Assembly: GCF_009914755.1 (NCBI RefSeq)
Contig: NC_060938.1
From: the human T2T-CHM13v2.0 reference genome, Homo sapiens
Reading direction: 5' to 3' (one strand)
Length of the DNA: 64,000 bases
Program-made: the position numbers and the translations under genes
Shown here: positions 1 to 13,570 of the stretch, piece after piece
Layout of the letters: the number at the start of each line of letters is the position of its first letter
How positions within the stretch are numbered: position 1 is the stretch's first letter
The notes under the pieces: model-generated
What the model was told of the DNA's origin: nothing
Seen by the model: the letters and a program-made list of their open reading frames with translations, nothing else
The model's database searches: none

Positions 1-1963
1 GGCATCTGTGTGGCCTCCAAGGTTCCTGAAGAGCAGACATCTTGGGCCATGGGCCTGAAGAGCCTTCAGGGGATGCGCTGGTTTTGTGGCCACCAAGTGG
101 GCAAGAGGCTTCTGTTTAGGGGGACTACAAACCTTGAACCCCAGCAGACCTGCTTGATGGCCTGTGATAGACGGTCATAAGGGGCAGGTGTCCTGGACTG
201 AGAGGCAGGACCTCGTCTGCTACATCAGGTTATTGTGTGACCTGAGCGATCTGCTTCACTATCCCATAGTATATCCCATAAATAATCAGGCTGCAAATAA
301 TCATTTTCAGGCTGGTTTCCTCATCGCCAGGGCCCTGCTTGTCGATCTAAAGTTTGGTCCTCCACCCAAAACCCAGTGATTCTGCTTATGGATAAAGTAG
401 ATGATCTGGCCGGTGTCAAGATTAGCAGAATGGAGAGGCTCAGCTAATAGCCAGTCTTCCCCGGAATAAATATTCATCCATTTGCTCAACAAAAAGCAAA
501 GATTTGCTCATTGATGGAGCCTAGAACAAAATCATCCACACACTTGAGATGCTCACAAAGGCTGACTTTCAGGGATGCCACTTGAGCGGGGATAATGTTG
601 GAAGAGTGATTTGGTCTTCCAAGATTAGACATTGAGCAGCCCTCTCTGGCTAATGCCAAAAGGAGCCAGTGGAACTTGACTTTGGCTGGAGTTCGAGTGT
701 TGCCATTTTATTTGTGCTGTGCTTCGAGGGGCCATCAGAGAATGAGGGCCAGAGCAAGAGAGAAGTGGGGATGGGACTGCCTAACCAGTCGCTGTTCCCT
801 GACTGTACGGTACAGGACAGGGTGAACCTTGCTGGATGTGAGAGAATGGGCACATGCTCCACTGCTCCCCCTGCTGTGAGGTTCAACGTCATCTCAGTGC
901 CAAGCTTTCCCCCAAATGACAGGTTGTGACCAAGTGATCCATAAGAGCAGTTTATAAGGTCTTCACACCCTTCACAATAGCAATAAAATTCATTCAAGCC
1001 CCAGGCTTCAAATCTAATACATCACCTAAGCCTGAAACTCAGTACATGGGGAAACTGAGGCTCAGAGAGGAAGGGAACATGACTTGCCAGGATTGATGGG
1101 GAGACAGAGCCCTGCTCTAGCCACTGAACCCACTGAAGAACTCCATGTGGCCCCATCACGGGACCCCGGCCCCATAAAACCACCAAGACGCCAGCTTCAG
1201 CTTCAACAGAGTGCGAAATGGAGCGGCCAGTGCAGGGAGGAGGGAAAAAGCAGCAGCAGAGTCTGCACAGCCGGCAAGGCTGCATGTTCCCCGCTTTGGG
1301 CCACAGGGAAGGCTTTACCTCTGCAGGATGGTGACTCTGCACACCAGTAACTATTAATTGTATGGCTGTGGAAAACCAGACATCAGTTTCAAAGGGACTC
1401 CCCCTCCAGTTTCGAGACAAGGACAGTTGGATGATGGAAAGATTCTATGCTGAGACCAAACATATATCAAGCCGGTTTTGGCAGCGTCTGGAATCCAGGC
1501 TGCACTTGGGGCCAGCTCACCCCCTCCGCCAAGCTCTAACATGTTGCCAGCCTCTCCCCGGGTCCTTGTGCTTGATGAAGGGACAGCCTGAGTAGACAGA
1601 GGAGATGAATTCCAGGAATTTGATCTTTCAACACCCAAGGCACTGGAGCCTGGGGGCGAGAAATTCTTTCCTGTGTCTTTAAGCAGCTTCCATGCTTCTC
1701 AGCACCAAGCAGGACAGCCCTAGATCTTCCGATCTCTTCTCACTCACTCATCTACCAACTAAAAGGCAGGGAGCACCTACTGTGTGCCAGGCCACTGCAG
1801 CCCAGAACCCTCCTGTGCTGGGGCCCCAGCACCCCCCTTCTCAGGGCACACGCTGCCCCATCTTGCACCTGCCTCTGTCATGTCTCATTCTCCCCCCAGA
1901 CCATGAATGTTCATGGGCAGAGACATAATAGGGTCCTTGGAGATGATCAGGTTAAGATGAGGT

Positions 1964-2280
<317 letters not shown>

Positions 2281-2576
2281 TGAGGTTATGAGGTGGGTCC
2301 TGATCGGACACTGCTGTGTCCTTATGAAAGGGGGAGTCTGGACACAGACAGCCTCCTAGGAGAGCACCACACGATGATAAAGGCAGAAACCAGAGTGATG
2401 CCTCTACAAGCCGAGCAATGTCACAGATCACCAGAAGCCAGGAGACTGGCCTAGGACAGAGCAGGAGACAGCCAGCCCTGCCGAACCCTCAATCTCAGAG
2501 CCCCAGCCTCCAGAACTACAGGACAATAACCATCTATTGTTACACTGCCCAGTGTGCATTGCTTTGTGACGGCAGC

Positions 2577-3285
2577 TGATATGGTTTGGCTGTGTCCCCA
2601 CCCAAATCTCACCTTGAATTGTAGTTCCCATAATCCCCACGTGTCATAGGAGGGACCCAGTGGGAGGTAACTGAATCAAGTAGGGGTTTTCCCATGCTAT
2701 TCTCGAGATAGTGAGTGAATTCTCACAAGATCTGATGGTTTTACAAGGGGCTTTTCTCCCTTTCTTTGGCACTTTTCCCACTGCCATGTGAAGAAGGTGC
2801 CTTGCTTTCCCTTCCCCTTCCGCCATGATTGTAAGTTTCCTGGGGCTTCCCAGCCAGACAGAACTGTGAGTCAATTAAACCTCTTTCCTTGGCCGGGCGC
2901 GGTGGCTCATGCCTCTAATCCTAGCATTTTGCGAGGCCAAGGTGGGCAGATCACCTGAGGTCAGGAGTTCAAGACCAGCCTGGCCAACATGGTGAAACCC
3001 CATCTCCACTAAAAATACAAAAATTAGCTGGGCATGGTGGCGCACGCCTGTAATCCCAGCTACTCGGGAAGCTGAGGCAAGAGAATCACTTGAACCCAGG
3101 AGGTAGAGGTTGCAGTGAGCTGAGATCAATCGAGCCACTGCACTCCAGCCTGGGCAACAGAGCAACAGAGCAAGACTCCATCTCAAAAAAAAAAAAAAAG
3201 GAAAGAAAGAAAAAAAAACTCTTTCCTTTATAAATTACACAGTCTCAGGTATTTCTTCATAGCAGCGTGACAATGGACTAATACA
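2577..3285 (+). mobile_element. THE1 (THE1C/D-like) solo LTR, interrupted by an Alu
   Basis: Starts TGATATGGTTTGGCTGTGTCCCCACCCAAATCTC and ends GGACTAATACA; 5-bp TSD GCAGC at 2572-2576 and 3286-3290. Confidence 0.92.
2891..3218 (+). mobile_element. AluSx-like
   Basis: Full-length Alu; TSD AAA(C)CTCTTTCCTT on both sides. Confidence 0.95.
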
Positions 3286-5094
3286 GCAGCCTTAGCAAGT
3301 GAATAGAGATCTGGGTGGAAATTTGGTGAGAACCAGTGCTAGTTGAATGTGTACAATGAGATAAGCCAACATCTTGCCTTTGAGGTAGGAGGCTTCAGAG
3401 TCAGGTGCGGCTGATGACCATGCATGCTGAGCATTTTTTACGTAGCAGACAGACAACCTCTCACGCTTCCGTGTCTGCTCACCTGGCCCTGCTAGGCAGT
3501 CACTAGCACCACCCTCTACTTAGACACAAGAAGAAGGGATGTGGGTGGGTGGCTTGCTGGGGTTGGCTGTGGGACGTGAGCCCAGGTGGCCTGACTCCAG
3601 AGCCCAAATTCCTAAATGACAAGTTCTCCTATTCTGCCAGCAGGTGTGTGTTGGCCCCAGCTCTGACTTTCACTGGCTGTGCTGTTTAAACACACCTCTG
3701 TGATACTCGGTTTTCCCATCTACAAAATGGAGTCTTCCTCGAAGAAGAGGTGAGGAAAGGAGCCAGGTTGGGGGCATGCCCAGGACTGAGCCTGCAGAGG
3801 TGACTTCCTTGGGGGACAAATAGGACAAGAACATGTGTACTGATGGTTCTCAGACAAGGTCGACCGTGCTGAGGGCCATCTGAGTCAGACAGAGAGGGGG
3901 TAGAGGGGTATGCATGCCACCTGCACAGGTACCATCACACTGTCACCCCTGGCAGGGGAGAGAGCTGGGATGAGGACACTGTCACCACATCCTGAGTCTG
4001 AAATCCAGCGGGTGTCCAAGCGAGCCCAAGGGAAAGGGTCTTTCACCCATTGCCATGCTCAGGAGAAGCCAGTGCTTGGGCTTGTGCCCTGGACCTTGGC
4101 ATGCTGGGTGCTGCAGGTCCCCACCCCGCCATGGACTTTGCAAGGAAGAGTGAGAGCCTCTCCAGCTGGTCATCCCTGGTCCCACTCACGTGGCCAAAGA
4201 CAGTGCGGGAGGGTGGGAGCAGTGATGGAGAACAAGCTTGCATAAAGGCCCACCCTTAGGCTGCCTATCTGCACAGTTACCCAGCTCCCCACACACACTG
4301 GGCGTTTCACCGGCTCCTCTCCCACCATGTCGTCATGGCCTTGGTCCCCACTGAACAGGGGCCACCTGGAGAGAGCGGGCTCCCCTGTTCCCCACTATTG
4401 CCCCGGCTGTGCTTCTCCCTGCCCTGGGCAATCCACCCCCTCCACTGCCGTGGGGTATCCTTCCCGTGCACATCAGTTATGGCACATACCCCGGCCTGGA
4501 AAGGTCAGAGGCCCTCAGGACCGAGACCAGGAGCCCCACAGCATTCGAGGCTCTCCACTCTGGGCCTGCCTGGCCTCCCAGCTTCCACCTCCTCCATTGC
4601 TGACGGGGACCTTCCCATCAGGCCATGCACAACCCCCATGTGCGGCTAGTCTCCCCCCAGGCCTTTGTGCACAGTTTTTTCTGCCAGAAATGCTCTTCCC
4701 ACCCTTCCCCACCCACAGAAGCCCAGCTCTTGGTTCAAGCATTCTTCAACACACCCCGCTGCTGTGGCTCCCCCAGGGCCCCAGGGCCTGGCCTCTGTCT
4801 TGCCTTCCTGCTCCAGAGCTCTCTACTCTGGACGTGGAAGTCAGATGAATTCCCTAAAATACGCCAAAGAGCTTGCATCTGTCCTGCGTGAAAACCAGCC
4901 GTGGCTCCTATGTGTGCAGGAAACCCCATCTCCTCACCTGGCCTCCCCCTCCTGTACCTCTGTGCCTGCCAGCCGTCCCCTCTCACACCCTCCACTTGTT
5001 CTCCTCCCTCTTTGGGGCTAGACACACCTGGGTTTACATTTCTGTTCCCATGTGACCTTGGACATGTCACCCACTCTCACTGAACTGAGTGAGG

Positions 5095-5306
5095 TTTTTG
5101 TTTTTTGTTTTTTTGTTTTGAGAAAGGGTCTCACTCTGTCATCCAGGCTGGAGTGCAGTGGCACAATCACAGCTCACTGCAGCCTTGACTTCCCAGGTTC
5201 AAGCAATCCTCCCACCTCGGCCTCCTGAGTGCTGGGGCTATAGGCACACACCACCATGCCCAGCTAAGTTTTTGGATTTTTTGTAGAGACGGGGTTTCAC
5301 CATGTT
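5095..5306 (-). mobile_element. 5'-truncated AluJ
   Basis: T-rich tail, right arm with J-type CACTGCAGCCTTGAC, ends within the left arm. Confidence 0.9.
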
Positions 5307-5757
5307 GTGAATTGGAACTTTTTAAGTTTCCTTGCAGCTCTGAGGTTCTCACGAGGGAGGAGACGCCAAGTTGGGAACATCTGTTCAAGGGGTCGCTAGG
5401 CCACTTGGAAAAGGAGTCTCCCAGAGTCAGCCCCCCAAGAACATCTGCAAAGGGCTCATGTGCGACCCTGCAGTTTGATCTACATAAACCACTAACCTTT
5501 GGAGTCTTAGAGAGGATTAAAATAGGAAACCATCTCCGCCTCCCACACGGGGTAGACAGTTTTCACAGTTCACACAGCTCTTTGGCTCAGAGATCCGGGG
5601 CTGCCGTTCCAGCATTTTCAGACATGACGATCAATACTTTAAAAATGGATTAAAAGGAAAGGTGAATAGCGATGACAGCAGGATGTCTGGTTACCAAGGC
5701 CTTCACCTGCCTGCCGGGATATCTCCTCTTGCTTCTGAACGAGCCCAGAGTGGGACC

Positions 5758-7062
5758 TGCACATGCACACACAAGCACACACATGCCCGCACATGCCAGC
5801 ACACACACACACAAGCACACACACATGCCCACACGTGCCAGCACACACACACACACAAGCACACACACATGCCTGCACGTGCCAGCACACACACACACAC
5901 AAGCACACACATGCCCGCACATCCCAGCACACACACACACAAGCACACACACATGCCCACACGTGCCAGCACACACACACACACACACAAGCACACACAC
6001 ATGCCCGCACGTGCCAGCACACACACACACACAAGCACACACACGCCCGCACGTGCCAGCACACACACACACAAGCACACACATGCCTGCACATGCCAGC
6101 ACACACACACACACAAGCACACACACATGCCCGCACATGCCAGCACACACACACAAAGCACACACACATGCCCGCACATGCCAGCACACAGACACACACA
6201 AGCACACACACATGCCCGCACATGCCAGCACACAGACACACACAAGCACACACACATGCCCACACGTGCCAGCACACAGACACACACAAGCACACACACA
6301 TGCCCGCACATGCCAGCACACAGACACACACATGCCTGCACATGCCAGCACACACACACATGCCTGCACATGCCAGCACACACACACACAAGCACACACA
6401 CATGCCCGCACATGCCAGCACACAGACACACACAAGCACACACACATGCCCGCACATGCCAGCACACACACACAAGCACACACACATGCCCGCACATGCC
6501 AGCACACACACACACAAGCACACACACATGCCCGCACATGCCAGCACACACACACACAAGCACACACACATGCCCGCACATGCCAGCACACACACACACA
6601 AGCACACACACATGCCCGCACATGCCAGCACACAGACACACACAAGCACACACACATGCCCGCACATGCCAGCACACACACACACAAGCACACACACATG
6701 CCCGCACATGCCAGCACACAGACACACACAAGCACACACACATGCCCGCACACGCCAGCACACACACACAAAGCACACACACATGCCCGCACATGCCAGC
6801 ACACACACACACACAAGCACACACACATGCCCGCACATGCCAGCACACAGACACACACAAGCACACACACATGCCTGCACATGCCAGCACACACACACAA
6901 GCACACATACATGCCCACACGTGCCAGCACACAGACACACACACATGCCCACACATGCCAGCACACACACACAAGCGCACACACATGCCTGCACATGCCA
7001 GCACACAGACACACACAAGCATACACACATGCCTGCACATGCCAGCACACAGAGACACATGC
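5758..7062. repeat. CA-rich minisatellite, ~31 units averaging ~42 bp, consensus GCACACACACATGCCCGCACATGCCAGCACACA(C/G)ACACACAA
   Basis: Directly visible tandem array; about 31 cores counted by eye; unit length varies through the (CA)n runs. Confidence 0.98.
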
Positions 7063-8979
7063 ATGGACGCTGCTCACCAGTGAGTTTTCTGCGAGGCCAG
7101 AAGAACTTGAGCTCGGGGGCTCCTCACTTGCAAGGCCCCTTCTGACATCTGGAAGGAGCAGAGGGTCATGGACATAGAGGAACAGCCAAAGTCAAGGCTG
7201 GAAAATTAGGAAAAGTCAAATCTAAGAGGAGACCAGAGGGCCAGGGTGAGGCTTTCCATGACAACACCTGCGAGGAGAAAGGACAGTTCAGGTGGCTTCA
7301 CATTTGGGCACACAGAGTTGGTCCTGAGAGATACCCTTGGGGTCACCCATCCCCACCATTCTGCAGATGAGGAAATCCAGGCCCAGTGAAGCAGTAGCCT
7401 GCTGTCCTTACCCCTGCGACCTGGACACAGGTGGCCTTTTCTTCGGGCTACCAGCTGGCGATGGGAAGGACATGAAGGCTTGGCCTCTGGTTCACCCAGA
7501 ACAACGAGCTCCAGGGAGTGGCATTTGTTCATTGGACAAATATTGATTGAGCTCCTCTGTGCCAGAGCCCCATCTAGGTCCTTCGGGTTGCAAGGTGCAG
7601 TCTCTGTCCCTGGGGAGCCCCAGGTCTCGGGGAGACTGCCCTGGCAGTGCTGAGCGGACAGCAGGACAGGAGGCCATTCAGGAAGGGGGATGCTGGAGGT
7701 GAGGGGTGAGAGCTTCCAGGAGCCACAAGTGGCTTGGCAAGGCCAGAGCACGGGGGGCGGGGGAGCCAGCCACTCGGCACTCACTGACGCTTGCCTGAGA
7801 GTCGGGGTGGGCTCCTGGCATCAAAGCCGCCTCTCCTGGAGCTCCTGGCGCTCCTGGCTCTGAGAACCCAGACGAGGAACCTCCCTCAGTTCCTATCTAA
7901 CAGTTTGCTTTCTGGGCAACCTTTCCCATCTCCGAGTTACATGCTCGGAGGAGACTTCAGAGTGTCGCGCTGACATTTCAACTTCTCCAAGCTGCTTGTC
8001 ACCTCCGTGTTTTATTTCTATGCAGCATGTAAGAGGGCGGTATCTGGCCAGCGTGGAGCCCAGTGAACGGGTCTGGCCTTTTCCCATGGAACATTTGAAA
8101 GGTTCTTGGCAAGATCCTGAATACCTATCAGAGGGGGCTGCCGAGCCCACTGGAAAAGCTCCAGGGAGAGGGAAGAGAGTTCCAGAAACCAAAGAGACTT
8201 TCTGAACCTCCAATCTAAGGAAAGCACCTGCTGGCGGGTTCCACCAACCAGGGGTTACAGGAAGGCAGGCTTGTAAACCTATGAAAGGCGACCTGCCGTC
8301 AGAAGCTGTGTGATTTAGGGGAAAGCGGCAGGACCCGGAGCCAGAGGACCTGTGTTCCAGTCTCAGCTCCCAGCTCTCCCTCTTTCTGGCTGTGTGAGGC
8401 TGGTCTGCTTGCTGACCATGTCTGGGCTCCAATCTTGTTCTCTACATAAGTGGGATAATAATAAATAGCTCATGGGGGTCCCTGGCCTTTGTAAAATGTC
8501 CAAGCTTTTCAAAATAAAAAAACACCATCTGTACAAGAGGGATTATTGCTGTCATTAGTAACAGACATGATGAAAGGAAGATCCTGAATCCCTGAGTCAC
8601 CAGCAGGAGCAAAACTGCCCACTAAGCTTGACGGCTCACTCAGGACCAACGCAGAAAATGCCACTCTGCGTCTTCATTAAGCCACTACATTTAGGGAGCA
8701 TCTTTGTAAACAAAACTCAGCCTCCCCAGTACTCACACATGTTCCTTTGTTATTCACCTTCCCAGGGCAGGGCTGCAGCCCCTGAGAGTGCCATTATGTG
8801 CATGATGCCAACGATAATGGCAAGTCGCCAGTGACTTCTAGAAGAAGATTTGGGAGGAGTGTAAAGACTTTCAAGTTGAGCTGCATGGGAAGGAAAAGCA
8901 GGGGGGTTCATGGGAAGATCATATGGGTTCAAGGGAGACTTTTCAGAAAGTTCTTATGTTTATTACAATATTAATGAGA

Positions 8980-9280
<301 letters not shown>

Positions 9281-9830
9281 TATGAGTGGGAAGGAGCCAG
9301 ATGTTGGGGGGAGAAGAAGACAAACATGTAGGAGGGGAGGCCTTGATTGAATATAAGGTCCCTAGGAAGAGCGGGAGACAGGACTTAGTACGCAGATAGA
9401 GGAATTGATCCCTTGTAGGAGAGTGGACCCCACTCAAGTAATTGCTGTGAATATTTAATAATATAAACCGCGTCAAGTACTTAGCACAGCAGCCAGCACT
9501 TAGGAAAAAGTATCTGATGTTAAATGATATCATTTGAGATTGGGAATATATGTTCATTTTGATTAAATGCCTTTAGGTATCTTTCAGATAATCATGTATG
9601 TTTTTTCTTATGTAATTTGTGGATGTGATTTCTTATACTAATAGGTTTTCTTTAACATTAAACCATTCTTACATTCCTGAGACAAAGTCTACTGGACTTT
9701 GATGAATAATTAACATGCTATTGAATTTGACTGGTAAGTATTTTATTTAGAAATTTTACATCTATGTTCACAGGTGAGATGGGTCCATCATTATATTCAA
9801 GGGTCAACTTTGGTAGATTTTTGGTGATGA

Positions 9831-10181
<351 letters not shown>

Positions 10182-10253
10182 CTGGGTCGTTGATCTTTTC
10201 TACACTGTGGAAGAGTTATTTATATTTATATTTATATTTATATATACATATAT

Positions 10254-10284
<31 letters not shown>

Positions 10285-10424
10285 CACACACTCTGTTCCT
10301 TGAATATTCTAAATAACCTATATTTAAAACTACCTGAGTCAGAGGAGACGAAAAAAAAACAAACTATCTGGCCTGAAACCTTCTTTTGAAAATATTTTCA
10401 TGAAAATTTTAGTGAGTTATATAA

Positions 10425-10829
<405 letters not shown>

Positions 10830-11527
10830 TAGCATAATTATTACATATATGTTATTCTTTTTGTAAATCAACTCTGCAAGTATATTCCCTTTGTTGTGTT
10901 ATGTATATTTTGCAACTTTTTATTTAACTAGAGTTACCAGTTTATTGAAATTCCTTCATTTTTCAAATTAGCTCACATTTATCTATCAACTCTGTTTTCT
11001 TCTATATTGAGTTTGGCTTCATCTTCTTTAATTTTATTAGGATTGCTTTTCCCTCCTTTTCTAATTTATTGAGTTGAATGTTTAAATCATACACGTTTTA
11101 GCTTTCTTTTTGGTAAACAATGCATTTAATACTATGACTGTCTTGAGGAATGGCTTTATTCTTATAAGAAATAGTGTTTTTATTTTCATTACTTTCCAAA
11201 TATTCTGTAGATTGTATTTTGTTCCTCTGTGTTTCAGCAGTTAAGAAGATTTTTTTAAAAAAATTACAGTTACTTATCGTTTAATTTTGTTTTGATCAGA
11301 AAATGTGATCTGTGCAACGTACGTTTTTTGGGACACAATAGGATGTTCATGACCAGTGTATCCTCGGTTCTGGTCAGTGTCCCATGGATGCTTGAAAATA
11401 AGGTGAAAATGAGGTGCATTCTTTACTTGTGTGCGCAAAAGAAGACACGTTATTGATTATACCGTTAAAATCTCCATTACCTTATTTTTTTATCTGTTGA
11501 TTTCTCATTCCTTAAAAATGATGTGTT

Positions 11528-11845
<318 letters not shown>

Positions 11846-12067
11846 CTACAATGAATTTCTATCACTTACTCCAAATATTTCAAATAGTTTTGCCTTACAA
11901 AGTTTAAGTATTATACCCACATGGTAGATTAGACTTTTATTTCACTCACCAGACCTTTTTAGCCTCGTGGTTGGGATCTACTTAATCTGTTAGTAACACT
12001 GAAAATCTTGGGGTTTTTCATTTAAATTGGAATTAGTCTGACATATATTTGCCTTGTGTGAGGGCAG

Positions 12068-12180
12068 GGTGCGTGCATGCATGCATGCATGTGTGTGTGT
12101 GCATGTGTGTGCATGCATGCATGCATGTGTGTGTGCAAGTGTGTGCGTGCATGCGTGTGCATGCATATGTGTGCATGTGG
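12068..12180. repeat. (TG)n/(TGCA)n alternating purine-pyrimidine tract
   Basis: Directly visible. Confidence 0.95.
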
Positions 12181-13165
12181 TTTTTAGATATATATACCTG
12201 AGCCCCTTGTCTTTGTACTTCATATGCTGTTTCCTCTTCCCAAAATGTTCCTACCTTCCATGATGATCTCAGCATCACCTCCTCTCATCACCTACTCTCT
12301 ATCTCCAGAGAGCATTACTCCATCTCAGTTCAGTGTTATTTCGATACTTGATCAAAGATCACCTCCTCCAAGAAGCCCTCTGACTTGCTCCTTCCTCTGA
12401 ACCCAGAACTTTCTCCATCCTTCTCTGAAACACCAGCTACTTTGTAGGATAATGAGTTTTAAAGGTATTTTTTTTCTATGACCAATATATTTTCCAAATT
12501 AAAACTTAGTGCGTGGGGTGTGTCCATAGCAAGTGTGGTTTGGGAGGGGAAAAACCAACTTGATGAGCTTGGAATTTTTCTGAAAAGTCTTAGATATTTG
12601 GTTGCTAGACGATTCTTCCTCCACTAAGATAAAGCAAAATAAAATACAGCCGGCAGACCTGCCAAACCATTTACTATCTGGGCAAGCCGTACCACCTCCG
12701 AACCTCAAATTTACCATCTGTAAAATTAGAATAACAATGCTGTCATCGGAAGTACTTGGTAAGAGAAAGAGAGGCAGGAGTTAATGTGGTTATAATGAAT
12801 GAGGATGGACTTTGAAAATTATAAACTCTATCAGCACCAGATAATAAATCCCTTTTAAGTAGGTTCCACGAGTGTCTCCTCTTTGTGTACCCTCCGTCCC
12901 CAGTGTCCCTGTCATGGGGGACTTGGAAAACCCCTCTATCTAGCCTAGCATTTCTGTCACCACCATATAACTGTTTTTCCTTCTTATGGAAAACAGATGG
13001 GATTAACAGATTGTAACTATTGTCTCTTGTTCTTAAGCAAGGTACACAAGGATCTGTGTGTCCCCTTACAGAAGACAGGCTTCATGGCTGCCACAGGGAC
13101 GGGAACATATGAGGTCTGCAAATACCCTCAGACTTCATCTCTGTTTAGAAATCAAGCTTGCCTGG

Positions 13166-13570
13166 TGTATCAGTTGGGATCATGTTCAACCACATGTGAC
13201 TGAAAACCCAAAATAACAGTGACTCAAATACAAGAGAAACTTATTTCTTTTTCACTTTGAAGAGATCCAGAAGTACGAAATGCAGGACTGATGCAAGAGA
13301 CACATGGCCTTCAGGAACGTGGGCTCTTTCTAGCTTGCTGCTGAACCATCACCGAGGAGTGACCCTCATGATCTAAGATGGCTGCTAGAGTTCCAGCCAT
13401 CACATCCACATTCCAGGTAGCAGGAGAGAGGAAGGATTGAAGAAGGGCAAGCTCCTCCTTTTCAGAGATGACTTCCTGGAAGTCACACAGGACACTTCTG
13501 CTTATACTTCCTTGGACAGAAGTTATTTACTTAGCTGCAAGGAAAACTAGGAGATATATTTCTTCTTTTG
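13166..13570 (-). mobile_element. Old MaLR LTR (MLT1K/L-like)
   Basis: AAGATGGCTGCTAGAGTTCCAGCCATCACATCCACATTCCAGGTAGCAGG and ACTTCTGCTTATA motifs typical of old MLT1 elements. Confidence 0.7.

Noticed and set aside
5639-7177. Six overlapping 450-500 aa ORFs
   Set aside because: They arise because the CA-rich repeat lacks stop codons in every frame. The products are low-complexity and show no gene structure.
8222-8240. Possible reverse CTCF motif CCGCCAGCAGGTGCT
   Set aside because: The 3' GGCGC/GGCAC part of the core is missing, so the match is too weak.
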